Below are positions 35,171 to 48,900 of a stretch of 64,000 nt of DNA, piece by piece. A model generated the notes under the pieces. The model worked only from the letters and a program-made list of their open reading frames with translations, was not told where the DNA came from and did no database searches. The stretch is taken from positions 139,190,001-139,254,000 of the forward strand of contig OZ024743.1 of assembly GCA_964016885.1 (NCBI GenBank), given 5' to 3'. The translations under genes and the position numbers were made by a program. Source of the DNA: Eledone cirrhosa (Eukaryota). Each line of letters begins with the position of its first letter. Position 1 is the first letter of the stretch.

Positions 35171-38100
35171 TCTTGCTTGGTGTTAGGTGCTTGGTGTTTG
35201 ATGCTGCGTGCTTGGTGTTTGGTGTTTGGTGCTTGGTGCTTGGTGCCTGGTGCTTGTTGTTTGGTGTTTGGCGCTTGGTGCTTGGTGTTTGGTGTTTGGT
35301 GCTTGGTGCTTGGTGCTTGGTATCTGGTGTTTGGTGCTTGATGTTTGGTGTTTGGTGCTTGGTGTTTGGTGTTTGGTGCTTGGTGCTTGGTGTTTGGTGC
35401 TTGGTGTTTGGTGCTTGGTGTTTGATGCTTGGTGTTTGCTGCTTGGTGCTTGGTGCTTGGTGTTTTGTGTTTGGTGCTTGGTGCTTGGTGCCTGGTGCTT
35501 GGTGCTTGGTGCTTGTTGTTTGGTGCTTGGTGCTTGGTGATTAGTGTTTGGTGTTTGGTGCTTGGTGCTTGGTGTTTGGTGCTTGGTGCTTGGTGTTTGG
35601 TGCTTGGTGCTTGGTGCTTGGTGCTTGGTGTTTGGTGTTTGGTGTTTGGTGCTTGGTGCTTGGTGTTTGGTGCTTGGTGCTTGGTGCTGGGTGTTTGGTG
35701 CTTGGTGCTTGGTGTTTGGTTGTTGGTGCTTGGTGCTTGGTGTTTGGTCCTTGGTGCTTGGTGCTTGGTCTTTGGTGCTTGGGTTTTGGTGTTTGGTGCT
35801 TGGTGCTTGGTGTTTGGTGCTTGGTTCTTGGTGCTTGGTGCTTGGTGTTTGGTGATTGCTGCTTGGTGCTTGGTGTTTGGTGCTTGGTGCTTGGTGATTA
35901 GTGTTTGGTGATTGGTGCTTGGGGTTTTCTGTTTGGTGCTTGGTGTTTGGTGCTTGGTGCTTGCTGTTTGGTGTTTGGTGTTTGGTTCTTGGTGCTTGGT
36001 TTTTGGTGTTTGGTGTTTGGTGCTTGGTGCTTAGTGCTTGGTGTTTGGTGCTTGGTGCTTGGTGCTTGGTGTTTGGTGCTGCGTGCTTGGTGTTTGGTGT
36101 TTGGTGCTTGGTGCCTGGTGCTTGTTGTTTGGTGTTTGGTGCTTAGTGCATGGTGTTTGGTGTTTGGTGCTTGGTGCTTGGTGGCTGGTGCTTGGTGCTT
36201 GGTGTTTGGAGTTTGGTGCTTGGTGCTTGGTGCCTGGTGTTTCGTGCTTGGTGCTTGGTGCTTGGTGTTTGGTGTTTGGTGCTTGGTGTTTGGTGTTTGG
36301 AACTTGGTGCTTGGTGCTTGGTGCTTGGTGTTTGGTGCTTGGGGTTTGGTGTTTGGTGCTTGGTGCTTGGTGTTTGGTGCTTGGTGCTTGGTGCTTGGTG
36401 TTTGGTGCTTGGTGCTTGGTGTTAGGTGTTTGGTGCTTGGTGCTTGGTGTTTGATGTTTGGTCCTTGGTGCTTGGTGTTTGGTGTTTGGTGCTTGGTGCT
36501 TGGTGTTTGGTGTTTGGTGCTTGCTGCTTGCTGCTTGGTGTTTGGTGCTTGGTGATTGGTGCTTGGTGTTTTGTGCTTGGTGCTTGGTGTTTGGTGTTTG
36601 GTGCTAGGGGCTTGGTGCTTGGTGCTTGGTGTTTGGTGCTTGGTGCTTGCTGTTTGGTGTTTGGTGCTTGGTGCGTGGGACTTAGTGTTTGGTGTTTGGT
36701 GCTTGGTGTTGGGTGCTTGGTGTTTGGTGCTTGGTGTTTGGGGCTTCGTGTTCGGTGCTTGGTGCTTGGTGCTTGGGGCTTGGTGTTTGGTGTTTGGTGC
36801 TTGGTGCTTGGTGTTTGATGTTGGGTCCTTGGTGCTTGGTGTTTGGTGTTTGGTGCTTGGTGTTTGGTGTTTGGTGCTTGGTGCTTGGTGTTTGGTGTTT
36901 GGTGCTTGGTGCTTGGGGCTTGGTGTTTGGTGCTTCTGCTTGGGGCTTGGTAGTTGGTGCTTGGTGCTTGGTGCCTGGTGTTTGGTGTTTGGTGTTTGGT
37001 GCTTGGTGTATGGTGCTTGGTGCTTGGTGCTGGGTGGTTGGTGTTTGGTGCTTGGTGCTTGGTGTTTGGTGCTTGGTGCTTGGTGCTTGTTGTTTGGTGC
37101 TTGGTGCTTGGTGCTTGGTCTTTGGTGCATGGTGTTTGGTGTTTCGCGCTTGGTGCTTGGTGCTTCGTGATTGGTGCTTGGTGCTTGGTGCTTGGTGTTT
37201 GGTGCTTGGTGCTTGGTGATTAGTGTTTGTTGTTTGGTACTTGGGGTTTGGTGGTTGGTGCTTGGTGCTTGGTGTTTGGTGTTTGGTGTTTGGTGTTTGC
37301 TGTTTGCTGTTTGGTGTCTGCTTTTTGGTGTTTGGTGTTTGCTGTATGGTGTTTGATGTTTCGTATTTGGTTTTTGCTGTTTGGTGTTTGGTGTTTGCTG
37401 TTTGGTGTTTGGTGTTTGGTGTTTGGTGCTTGGTGCTTGGTGTTTGGCGTTTGGTGCTTGGTGCTTGGTGTTTGGTGCTTGGTGCTTGGTGTTTGGTGTT
37501 TGGTGCTTGGTGCCTGGTGCTTGTTGTATGGTGTTTGGTGCTTGGTGCTTGGTGTTTGGTGTTTGCTGCTTGGTGTCTGGTGTTTGGTGCTTGGTGTTTG
37601 GTGTTTGGTGCTTGGTGTATGGTGCTTGGTGCTTGGTGCTGGGTGGTTGGTGTTTGGTGCTTGGTGCTTGGTGTTTGGTGCTTGGTGCTTGGTGCTTGTT
37701 GTTTGGTGCTTGGTGCTTGGTGCTTGGTCTTTGGTGCATGGTGTTTGTTGTTTGGCGCTTGGTGCTTGGTGCTTCGTGATTGGTGCTTGGTGCTTGGTGC
37801 TTGGTGTTTGGTGCTTGGTGCTTGGTGATTAGTGTTTGTTGCTTGGTGCTTGGGGTTTGGTGGTTGGTGCTTGGTGCTTGGTGTTTGGTGTTTGCTGTTT
37901 GGTGTCTGCTTTTTGGTGTTTGGTGTTTGCTGTATGGTGTTTGCTGTTTCGTATTTGGTTTTTGCTGTTTGGTGTTTGGTGTTTGCTGTTTGGTGTTTGG
38001 TGTTTGGTGTTTGGTGCTTGGTGCTTGGTGTTTGGCGTTTGGTGCTTGGTGCTTGGTGTTTGGTTCTTGGTGCTTGGTGTTTGGTGTTTGGTGCTTGGTG

Positions 38101-41100
38101 CCTGGTGCTTGTTGTATGGTGTTTGGTGCTTGGTGCTTGGTGTTTGGTGTTTGGTGCTTGGTGCTTGGTGTTTGGTGTTTGGTGCTGGGTGCATGGCGTT
38201 TGGTGTTTGGTGCTTAGTGCTTGGTGTTTGGTGTTTGATGCTTGGTGCTTGGTGTTTGGTGCTTGGTGCTTGGTGCTTGGTGCTTGGTGTTTGGTGCCTG
38301 GTGCTTGGTGCTTGGTGCTTGCTGTTTGGTGTTTGGTGTTTGGTTCTTGGTGCTTGGTGTTTGGTGTTTGGTGCTTGGTGCTAGGTGCTTGGTGTTTGGT
38401 GCTTGGTGCTTGGTGATTAGTGTTTGGTGATTGGTGCTTGGGGTTTGGTGTTTGGTGCTTGGTGTTTGGTGCTTGGTGCTTGCTGTTTGGTGTTTGGTGT
38501 TTGGTTCTTGGTGCTTGGTGTTTGGTGTTTGGTGCTTGGTGCTTGGTGATTGGTGTTTGGTGCTTGGTGCTTGGTGCTTGGTGTTTGGTGCTGCGTGCTT
38601 GGTGTTTGGTGTTTGGTGCTTGGTGCCTGGGGCTTGTTGTTTGGTGTTTGGTGCTTGGTGCTTGGTGCTTGGTGTTAGGTGTTTGGTCCTTGGTGCTTGT
38701 TGTTTGGTGTTTGGTGCTTGGTGCTTGGTGTTTGGTGCTTGGTGCTTGGTGTTTGGTGTTTGGTGTTTGGTGTTTGGTGATTGGTGCTTTGTGTTTGGTG
38801 CTTGGTGCTTGGTGCTTGGTTCTTGGTGTTAGGCGTTTGGTGCTTGGAGCTTGGTGTTTGATGTTTGGTCCTTGGTGCTTGGTGTTTGGTATTTGGAGCT
38901 TGGTGCTTGGTGTTTGGTGTTTGGTGCTTGCTGCTTGCTGCTTGGTGTTTGGTGCTAGGGACTTGGTGCTTGGTGCTTGGTGTTTGGTGCTTGGTGTTTG
39001 GTGTTTGGTGCTTGGTGCGTGGGACTTGGTGTTTGGTGCTTGGTGTTTAGTGCTTGGTGTTTGGTGCTTGGTGCCTGGTGCTTGGTGTTTGGTGTTTGGT
39101 GCTTGGTGTTTGGTGCTTGGTGTTTGGTACTTGGTGTTCGGTGCTTGGTGCTTGGTGCTTGGTGCTTGGTGTCTGGTGTTTGGTGCTTGGTGCTTGGTGT
39201 TTGATGTTTGGTCCTTGGTGCTTGGTGTTTGGTGTTGTGTGCTTGGTGCTTGGTGCTTGGTGTTTGGTGCTTGGTGCTTGGTGCTTGGTGTTTGGCGTTT
39301 GCTGTTTGCTGTTTGGTGTTTGGTGTTTGCTGTTTGGTGTTTGCTGTTTGGTGTTTGGTGTTTGGTGCTTGGTGCTTGGTGTTTGGTGCTTGGTGCTTGG
39401 TGCTTGGTGTTTGGGCCTTGGTGCTTGGTGCTTGGTCTTTGGTGCTTGGGTTTTGGTGTTTGGTGCTTGGTGCTTGGTGTTTGGTGCTTGGTGCTTGGTG
39501 CTTGGTGCTTGGTGTTTGGTGCTTGCTGTTTGGTGCTTGGTGTTTGGTGCTTGGTGCTTGGTGATTAGTGTTTGGTGCTTGGTGCTTCGGGTTTGGTGTT
39601 TGGGGCTTGGTGTTTGGTGCTTGGTGCTTGCTGTTTGGTGATTGGTGTTTGGTTCTTGGTGCTTGGTGTTTGGTGTTTGGTGTTTGGTGCTTGGTGCTTG
39701 GTGCTTGGTGTTTGGTGCTTGGTGCTTGGTGCTTGGTGTTTGGTGCTGCGTGCTTGGTGTTTGGTGTTTGGTGCTTGGTGCCTGGTGCCTGGTGTTTGGT
39801 GTTTGGTGCTTAGTGCTTGGTGTTTGGTGTTTGGTGCTTGGTGCTTGGTGGCTGGTGTTTGGTGCTTGGTGTTTGGAGTTTGGTGCTTGGTGCTTGGTGC
39901 CTGGTGTTTCGTGCTTGGTGCTTGGTGCTTGGTGTTTGGTGTATGGTGCTTGGTGTTTGGTGTTTGGTACTTGGTGCTTGGTGCTTCTTGCTTGGTGTTA
40001 GGTGCTTGGTGTTTGATGCTGCGTGCTTGGTGTTTGGTGTTTGGTGCTTGGTGCTTGGTGCCTGGTGCTTGTTGTTTGGTGTTTGGCGCTTGGTGCTTGG
40101 TGTTTGGTGTTTGGTGCTTGGTGCTTGGTGCTTGGTATCTGGTGTTTGGTGCTTGATGTTTGGTGTTTGGTGCTTGGTGTTTGGTGTTTGGTGCTTGGTG
40201 CTTGGTGTTTGGTGCTTGGTGTTTGGTGCTTGGTGTTTGATGCTTGGTGTTTGCTGCTTGGTGCTTGGTGCTTGGTGTTTTGTGTTTGGTGCTTGGTGCT
40301 TGGTGCCTGGTGCTTGGTGCTTGGTGCTTGTTGTTTGGTGCTTGGTGCTTGGTGATTAGTGTTTGGTGTTTGGTGCTTGGTGCTTGGTGTTTGGTGCTTG
40401 GTGCTTGGTGTTTGGTGCTTGGTGCTTGGTGCTTGGTGCTTGGTGTTTGGTGTTTGGTGTTTGGTGCTTGGTGCTTGGTGTTTGGTGCTTGGTGCTTGGT
40501 GCTGGGTGTTTGGTGCTTGGTGCTTGGTGTTTGGTTGTTGGTGCTTGGTGCTTGGTGTTTGGTCCTTGGTGCTTGGTGCTTGGTCTTTGGTGCTTGGGTT
40601 TTGGTGTTTGGTGCTTGGTGCTTGGTGTTTGGTGCTTGGTTCTTGGTGCTTGGTGCTTGGTGTTTGGTGATTGCTGCTTGGTGCTTGGTGTTTGGTGCTT
40701 GGTGCTTGGTGATTAGTGTTTGGTGATTGGTGCTTGGGGTTTTCTGTTTGGTGCTTGGTGTTTGGTGCTTGGTGCTTGCTGTTTGGTGTTTGGTGTTTGG
40801 TTCTTGGTGCTTGGTTTTTGGTGTTTGGTGTTTGGTGCTTGGTGCTTAGTGCTTGGTGTTTGGTGCTTGGTGCTTGGTGCTTGGTGTTTGGTGCTGCGTG
40901 CTTGGTGTTTGGTGTTTGGTGCTTGGTGCCTGGTGCTTGTTGTTTGGTGTTTGGTGCTTAGTGCATGGTGTTTGGTGTTTGGTGCTTGGTGCTTGGTGGC
41001 TGGTGCTTGGTGCTTGGTGTTTGGAGTTTGGTGCTTGGTGCTTGGTGCCTGGTGTTTCGTGCTTGGTGCTTGGTGCTTGGTGTTTGGTGTTTGGTGCTTG

Positions 41101-43062
41101 GTGTTTGGTGTTTGGAACTTGGTGCTTGGTGCTTGGTGCTTGGTGTTTGGTGCTTGGGGTTTGGTGTTTGGTGCTTGGTGCTTGGTGTTTGGTGCTTGGT
41201 GCTTGGTGCTTGGTGTTTGGTGCTTGGTGCTTGGTGTTAGGTGTTTGGTGCTTGGTGCTTGGTGTTTGATGTTTGGTCCTTGGTGCTTGGTGTTTGGTGT
41301 TTGGTGCTTGGTGCTTGGTGTTTGGTGTTTGGTGCTTGCTGCTTGCTGCTTGGTGTTTGGTGCTTGGTGATTGGTGCTTGGTGTTTTGTGCTTGGTGCTT
41401 GGTGTTTGGTGTTTGGTGCTAGGGGCTTGGTGCTTGGTGCTTGGTGTTTGGTGCTTGGTGCTTGCTGTTTGGTGTTTGGTGCTTGGTGCGTGGGACTTAG
41501 TGTTTGGTGTTTGGTGCTTGGTGTTGGGTGCTTGGTGTTTGGTGCTTGGTGTTTGGGGCTTCGTGTTCGGTGCTTGGTGCTTGGTGCTTGGGGCTTGGTG
41601 TTTGGTGTTTGGTGCTTGGTGCTTGGTGTTTGATGTTGGGTCCTTGGTGCTTGGTGTTTGGTGTTTGGTGCTTGGTGTTTGGTGTTTGGTGCTTGGTGCT
41701 TGGTGTTTGGTGTTTGGTGCTTGGTGCTTGGGGCTTGGTGTTTGGTGCTTCTGCTTGGGGCTTGGTAGTTGGTGCTTGGTGCTTGGTGCCTGGTGTTTGG
41801 TGTTTGGTGTTTGGTGCTTGGTGTATGGTGCTTGGTGCTTGGTGCTGGGTGGTTGGTGTTTGGTGCTTGGTGCTTGGTGTTTGGTGCTTGGTGCTTGGTG
41901 CTTGTTGTTTGGTGCTTGGTGTTTGGTGCTTGGTCTTTGGTGCATGGTGTTTGGTGTTTCGCGCTTGGTGCTTGGTGCTTCGTGATTGGTGCTTGGTGCT
42001 TGGTGCTTGGTGTTTGGTGCTTGGTGCTTGGTGATTAGTGTTTGTTGTTTGGTACTTGGGGTTTGGTGGTTGGTGCTTGGTGCTTGGTGTTTGGTGTTTG
42101 GTGTTTGGTGTTTGCTGTTTGCTGTTTGGTGTCTGCTTTTTGGTGTTTGGTGTTTGCTGTATGGTGTTTGATGTTTCGTATTTGGTTTTTGCTGTTTGGT
42201 GTTTGGTGTTTGCTGTTTGGTGTTTGGTGTTTGGTGTTTGGTGCTTGGTGCTTGGTGTTTGGCGTTTGGTGCTTGGTGCTTGGTGTTTGGTGCTTGGTGC
42301 TTGGTGTTTGGTGTTTGGTGCTTGGTGCCTGGTGCTTGTTGTATGGTGTTTGGTGCTTGGTGCTTGGTGTTTGGTGTTTGCTGCTTGGTGTCTGGTGTTT
42401 GGTGCTTGGTGTTTGGTGTTTGGTGCTTGGTGTATGGTGCTTGGTGCTTGGTGCTGGGTGGTTGGTGTTTGGTGCTTGGTGCTTGGTGTTTGGTGCTTGG
42501 TGCTTGGTGCTTGTTGTTTGGTGCTTGGTGCTTGGTGCTTGGTCTTTGGTGCATGGTGTTTGTTGTTTGGCGCTTGGTGCTTGGTGCTTCGTGATTGGTG
42601 CTTGGTGCTTGGTGCTTGGTGTTTGGTGCTTGGTGCTTGGTGATTAGTGTTTGTTGCTTGGTGCTTGGGGTTTGGTGGTTGGTGCTTGGTGCTTGGTGTT
42701 TGGTGTTTGCTGTTTGGTGTCTGCTTTTTGGTGTTTGGTGTTTGCTGTATGGTGTTTGCTGTTTCGTATTTGGTTTTTGCTGTTTGGTGTTTGGTGTTTG
42801 CTGTTTGGTGTTTGGTGTTTGGTGTTTGGTGCTTGGTGCTTGGTGTTTGGCGTTTGGTGCTTGGTGCTTGGTGTTTGGTTCTTGGTGCTTGGTGTTTGGT
42901 GTTTGGTGCTTGGTGCCTGGTGCTTGTTGTATGGTGTTTGGTGCTTGGTGCTTGGTGTTTGGTGTTTGGTGCTTGGTGCTTGGTGTTTGGTGTTTGGTGC
43001 TGGGTGCATGGCGTTTGGTGTTTGGTGCTTAGTGCTTGGTGTTTGGTGTTTGATGCTTGGTG
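33424..43062 (+). repeat. Near-perfect 4815-bp tandem duplication, two copies
   Basis: ORFs from 33605 to about 37830 recur at +4815 (33605/38420, 35898-37739/40713-42554, 37829/42644). Match begins after mismatch 33423/38238 and ends before 38248/43063. One internal mismatch found (C37107 vs T41922). Confidence 0.95.
37000..38180 (+). repeat. 609-bp (87-unit) internal duplication inside the 4815-bp unit (also at about 41.8-43.0 kb)
   Basis: ORF starts 37171/37780 and 37223/37832; second copy 41986/42595 and 42038/42647. Each copy carries TTCGTGA and the TTCGTAT-TTGGTTT patch. Edges approximate. Confidence 0.8.
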
Positions 43063-43889
43063 TGTGGTGCTTGGTGCTTGGTGTTTTGTGTTTGGTGCTT
43101 GGTGCTTGGTGCCTGGTGCTTGGTGCCTGGTGCTTGGTGTTTGGTGTTTGATGCTTGGTGTTTGGTGTTTGGTGTTTGGTACTTGGTGTTCGGTGCTTGG
43201 TGCTTGGTGCTTGGTGCTTGGTGTTTGGTGTTTGGTGATTGGTGCTTGGTGTTTGATGTTTGGTCCTTGGTGCTTGGTGTTTGGTGTTGTGTGCTTGGTG
43301 CTTGGTGCTTGGTGTTTGGTGCTTGGTGCTTGGTGCTTGGTATTTGGCGTTTGCTGTTTGCTGTTTGGTGTTTGGTGTTTGCTGTTTGGTGTTTGCTGTT
43401 TGGTGTTTGGTGTTTGGTGCTTGCTGTTTGGTGCTTGGTGCTTGGTGTTTGGTGTTTGGTGCTTGGTGTTTGGTGCTTGGTGCTTGGTGCTGGGTGTTTG
43501 GTGCTTGGTGCTTGGTCTTTGGTGCTTGGTGATTGGTGCTTGGTGTTTGGTCCTTGGTGCTTGGTGCTTGGTCGTTGGTGCTTGGTGCCTGGTGTTTGGT
43601 GCTTGGTGCTTGGTGTTTGGTGCTTGGTGCTTGGTGCTTGGTGCTTGGAGTTTGGTGCTTGCTGCTTGGTGCTTGGTGTTTGGTCCTTGGTGCTTGGTGA
43701 TTAGTGTTTGGTGATTGGTGCTTGGGGTTTGGTGTTTGGGGCTTGGTGTTTGGTGCTTAGTGCTTGCTGTTTGGTGTTTGGTGTTTGGTTCTTGGTGCTT
43801 GGTGTTTGGTGTTTGGTGTTTGGTGCTTGGTGCTTGGTGCTTGGTGTTTGGTGCTTGGTGCTTGGTGCTTGGTGTTTGGTGCTGCGTGC

Positions 43890-45170
43890 TTGGTGTTTGG
43901 TGTTTGGTGCTTGGTGCCTGGTGCTTGTTGTTTGTTGTTTGGTGCTTAGTGCTTGGTTTTTGGTGTTTGGTGCTTGGTGCTTGGTGGCTGGTGTTTGGTG
44001 CTTGGTGTTTGGAGTTTGGTGCTTGGTGCTTGGTGCCTGGTGTTTCGTGCTTGGTGCTTGGTGCTTGGTGTTTGGTGTTTGGTGTTTGGTGTTTGGTGCT
44101 TGGTGTTTGGTGCTTGGTGCTTGGTGCTTGGTGTTAGGTGTTTGGTGCTTGGTGCTTGGTGTTTGATGTTTGGTCCTTGGTGCTTGTTGTTTGGTGTTTG
44201 GTGCTTGGTGCTTGGTGTTTGGTGTTTGGTGCTTGCTGCTTGCTGCTTGGTGTTTGGTGCTTGGTGATTGGTGCTTGGTGTTTTATGCTTGGTGCTTGGT
44301 GTTTGGTGCTAGGGGCTTGGTGCTTGATGCTTGGTGTTTGGTGCTTGGTGCTTGCTGTTTGGTGTTTGGTGCTTGGTGCGTGGGACTTAGTGTTTGGTGT
44401 TTGGTGCTTGGTGTTTGGTGCTTGGTGTTTGGTGTTTGGTACTTGGTGCTTGGTGCTTGGTGCTTGGTGTTTGGTGCTTGGTGTTTGATGCTGCGTGCTT
44501 GGTGTTTGGTGTTTGGTGCTTGGTGCTTGGTGTGTGGTGTTTGGAGCTTGGTGCCTGGTGCTTGTTGTTTGGTGTTTGGCGCTTGGTGCTTGTTGTTTGG
44601 TGTTTGGTGCTTGGTGCTTGGTGCTTGGTATCTGGTGTTTGGTGCTTGGTGTTTGGTGTTTGGTGCTTGGTGCCTGGGGCTTGTTGTTTGGTGTTTGGTG
44701 CTTAGTGCTTGGTGTTTGGTGTTTGGTGCTTGGTGCTTGGTGGCTGGTGCTTGGTGCTTGGTGTTCGGAGTTTGGTGCTTGGTGCTTGGTGCCTGGTGTT
44801 TCGTGCTTGGTGCTTGGTGCTTGGTGTTTGGTGTTTGGTGCTTGGTGTTTGGTGCTTGGTGTTTGGTGCTTGGTGCTTGGTGCTTGGTGTTAGGTGTTTG
44901 GTGATTGGTGCTTGGTGTTTGATGTTTGGTCCTTGGTGCTTGTTGTTTGGTGTTTGGTGCTTGGTGCTTGGTGTTTGGTGTTTGGTGCTTGCTGCTTGCT
45001 GCTTGGTGTTTGGTGCTTGGTGATTGGTGCTTGGTGTTTTATGCTTGGTGCTTGGTGTTTGGTGCTAGGGGCTTGGTGCTTGATGCTTGGTGTTTGGTGC
45101 TTGGTGCTTGCTGTTTGGTGTTTGGTGCTTGGTGCGTGGGACTTAGTGTTTGGTGTTTGGTGCTTGGTGT
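43890..45170 (+). repeat. About 530-bp segment repeated at 756-bp (108-unit) offset
   Basis: ORF starts 43953/44709, 44138/44894, 44170/44926; shared TTTATGC, TAGGGGC and GTGGGAC-TTAGTGT variants. Confidence 0.75.
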
Positions 45171-45939
45171 TTTGTGCTTGGTGTTTGGTGCTTGTGCTTG
45201 GTGTTCGGTGTTTGGTGCTTGGTGCTTGGGACTTGGTGTTTGGTGCTTAGTGTTTGGTGCTTGGTGTTTGGTGCTTGGTGCTTGGTGCTTGGTGTTTGGT
45301 GTATGGTGTTTGGTGCTTGGTGTTTGGTGCTTGGTGCTTGGTGCTGGGTGGTTGGTGTTTGGTGTTTGGTGCTTGGTGATTGGTGCTTATTGTTTGGTGC
45401 TTGGTGCTTGGTGCTTGGTGCTTGGTCTTTGGTGCTTGGTGTTTGGTGTTTGGTGCTTGGTGCTTGGTGCTTGGTGATTAGTGTTTGGTGCTTGGTGCTT
45501 GGTGCCTGGTGCTTGGTGCTTGGTGCTTGTTGTTTGGTGCTTGGTGCTTGGTGATTAGTGTTTGGTGCTTGGTTCTTGGGGTTTGCTGTTTGGTGCTTGG
45601 GGTTTGGTGTTTGGTGCTTGGTGCTTGGTGTTTGGTGCTTGGTGCTTGGTGTTTGGTGCTTGGTGCTTTGTGTTTGGTGCTTGGTGTTTGGTGCTTGGTG
45701 CTTGGTGCTTGGTGCTTGGTGTTAGGTGTTTGGTGCTTGGTGATTGGTGTTTGATGTTAGGTTCTTGGTGCTTGGTGTTTGGTGTTTGGTGCTTGGTGCT
45801 TGGTGTTTGGTGTTTGGTGCTTGCTGCTTGGTGCTTGGTGTTTTGTGTTTGGAGTTTGGTGCTTGGTGTTTGGTGCTTGGTGCTTGGTGCTTGGTGCTTG
45901 GTGTTAGGCGTTTGGTGCTTGGTGCTTGGTGTTTGATGT

Positions 45940-48900
45940 TTGGTCCTTGGTGCTTGGTGTTTGGTATTTGGAGCTTGGTGCTTGGTGTTTGGTGTTTGGT
46001 GCTTGCTGCTTGCTGCTTTGTGTTTGGTGCTAGGGACTTGGTGCTTGGTGTTTGGTGCTTGGTGCTTGGTGCATGGTGTTTGGTTTTTGGTGCTTGGTGC
46101 GTGGGACCTGGTGTTTGGTGCTTGGTGTTTGGTGCTTGGTGTTTGGTGCTTGGTGCCTGGTGCTTGGTGTTTGGTGTTTGGTGCTTGGTGTTTGGTGCTT
46201 GGTGTTTGGTACTTGGTGTTCGGTGCTTGGTGCTTGGTGCTTGGTGCTTGGTGTTTGGTGTTTGGTGCTTGGTGCTTGGTGTTTGATGTTTGGTCCTTGG
46301 TGCTTGGTGTTTGGTGTTGTGTGCTTGTTGCTTGGTGCTTGGTGTTTGGTGCTTGGTGCTTGGTGCTTGGTGTTTGGCGTTTGCTGTTTGCTGTTTGGTG
46401 TTTGGTGTTTGCTGTTTGGTGTTTGCTGTTTGGTGTTTGGTGTTTGGTGCTTGGTGTTTGGTGTTTGCTGCTTGGTGCTTGGTGCTTGGTGTTTGGTCCT
46501 TGGTGCTTGGTGCTTGGTGTTTGGTGCTTGGGTTTTGGTGTTTGGTGCTTGGTGTTTGGTGCTTGGTGCTTGGTGCTTGGTGCTTGGTGTTTGGTGCTTG
46601 CTGCTTGGTGCTTGGTGTTTGGTGCTTGGTGCTTGGTGATTAGTGTTTGGTGATTGGTGCTTCGGGTTTGGTGTTTGGGGCTTGGTGTTTGGTGCTTGGT
46701 GCTTGCTGTTTGGTGATTGGTGTTTGGTTCTTGGTGCTTGGTGTTTGGTGTTTGGTGTTTGGTGCTTGGTGCTTGGTGCTTGGTGTTTGGTGCTTGGTGC
46801 TTGGTGCTTGGTGCTTGGTGTTTGGTGCTGCGTGCTTGGTGTTTGGTGTTTGGTGCTTGGTGCCTGGTGATTGTTGTTTGGTGTTTGGTGCTTAGTGCTT
46901 GGTGTTTGGTGTTTGGTGCTTGGTGCTTGGTGGCTAGTGTTTGGTGCTTGGTGTTTGGAGTTTGGTGCTTGGTGCTTGGTGCCTGGTGTTTCGTGCTTGG
47001 TGCTTGGTGCTTGGTGTTTGGTGTATGGTGCTTGGTGTTTGGTGTTTGGTACTTGGTGCTTAGTGCTTGGTGCTTGGTGTTTGGTGCTTGGTGTTTGATG
47101 CTGCGTGCTTGGTGTTTGGTGTTTGGTGCTTGGTGCTTGGTGTTTGGTGTTTGGAGCTTGGTGCCTGGTGCTTGTTGTTTGGTGTTTGGCGCTTGGTGCT
47201 TGGTGTTTGGTGTTTGGTGCTTCGTGCTTGGTGCTTGGTATCTGGTGTTTGGTGCTTGATGTTTGGTTTTTGGTGCTTGGTGTTTGGTGTTTGGTGCTTG
47301 GTGCTTGGTGTTTGGTGCTTGGTGTTTGGTGCTTGGTGTTTGATGCTTGGTGTTTGCTGCTTGGTGCTTGGTGTTTGGTGTTTTGTGTTTGGTGCTTGGT
47401 GCATGGAGTCTGGTGCTTGGTGCTTGGTGCTTGTTGTTTGGTGCTTGGTGCTTGGTGATTAGTGTTTGGTGCTTGGTGCTTGCGGTTTGGTGTTCGGTGC
47501 TTGGGGTTTGATGTTTGGTGCTTGGTGCTTGGTGTTTGGTGCTTGGTGCTTGGTGCTTGGTGTTTGGTGCTTGGTGCTTGGTGTTTGGTGCTTGGTGCTT
47601 GGTGTTTGGTGTTTGGCGTTTGCTGTTTGCTGTTTGGTGTTTGGTGTTTGCTGTTTGGTGCTTGGTGCTTGGTGTTTGGTGTTTGGTGTTTGGTGCTTGG
47701 TGCTTGGTGTTTGGTGCTTGGTGCTTGGTGCTTGGTGCTTGTTGTTTGGTGCTTGGTGCTTGGTGCTTGGTGTTTGGTGCTTGGTGCTTGGTGCTTGGTG
47801 TTTGGTGTTTGGTGCTTGGTGTTTGGTGCTTGGTGTTTGGTGCTTGGTGCTTGGTGCTTGGTGTTAGGTGTTTGGTGCTTGGTGCTTGGTGTTTGATGTT
47901 TGGTCCTTGGTGCTTGTTGTTTGGTGTTTGGTGCTTGGTGCTTGGTGTTTGGTGTTTGGTGCTTGCTGCTTGCTGCTTGGTGTTTAGTGCTTGGTGATTG
48001 GTGCTTGGTGTTTTATGCTTGGTGCTTGGTGTTTGGTGCTAGGGGCTTGGTGCTAGATGCTTGGTGTTTGGTGCTTGGTGCTTGCTGTTTGGTGTTTGGT
48101 GCTTGGTGCGTGGGACTTAGTGTTTGGTGTTTGGTGCTTGGTGTTTTGTGCTTGGTGTTTGGTGCTTGGTGCTTGGTGTTTGGTGTTTGGTGCTTGGTGC
48201 TTGGGGCTTGGTGTTTGGTGCTTAGTGTTTGGTGCTTGGTGTTTGGTGCTTGGTGCTTGGTGCTTTGTGTTTGGTGTATGGTGTTTGGTGCTTGGTGTTT
48301 GGTGCTTGGTGCTTGGTGCTGGGTGGTTGGTGTTTGGTGTTTGGTGCTTGGTGATTGGTGCTTATTGTTTGGTGCTTGGTGCTTGGTGCTTGGTGCTTGG
48401 TCTTTGGTGCTTGGTGTTTGGTGTTTGGTGCTTGGTGCTTGGTGCTTGGTGATTAGTGTTTGGTGTTTGGTGCTTGGTGTTTGGTGCTTGGTGCTTGGTG
48501 CTGGGTGGTTGGTGTTTGGTGTTTGGTGCTTGGTGATTGGTGCTTATTGTTTGGTGCTTGGTGCTTGGTGCTTGGTGCTTGGTCTTTGGTGCTTGGTGTT
48601 TGGTGCTTGGTGTTTGGTGTTTGGTGCTTGGTGCTTGGTGCTTGGTGATTAGTGTTTGGTGCTTGGTGCTTGGTGCCTGGTGCTTGGTGCTTGGTGCTTG
48701 TTGTTTGGTGCTTGGTGCTTGGTGATTAGTGTTTGGTGCTTGGTGCTTGGGGTTTGGTGTTTGGTGCTTGGTGCTTGGTGTTTGGTGCTTGGTGCTTGGT
48801 GTTTGGTGCTTGGTGCTTTGTGTTTGGTGCTTGGTGTTTGGTGCTTTGATGCTTGGTGCTTGGTGCTTGGTGTTAGGTGTTTGGTGCTTGGTGATTGGTG

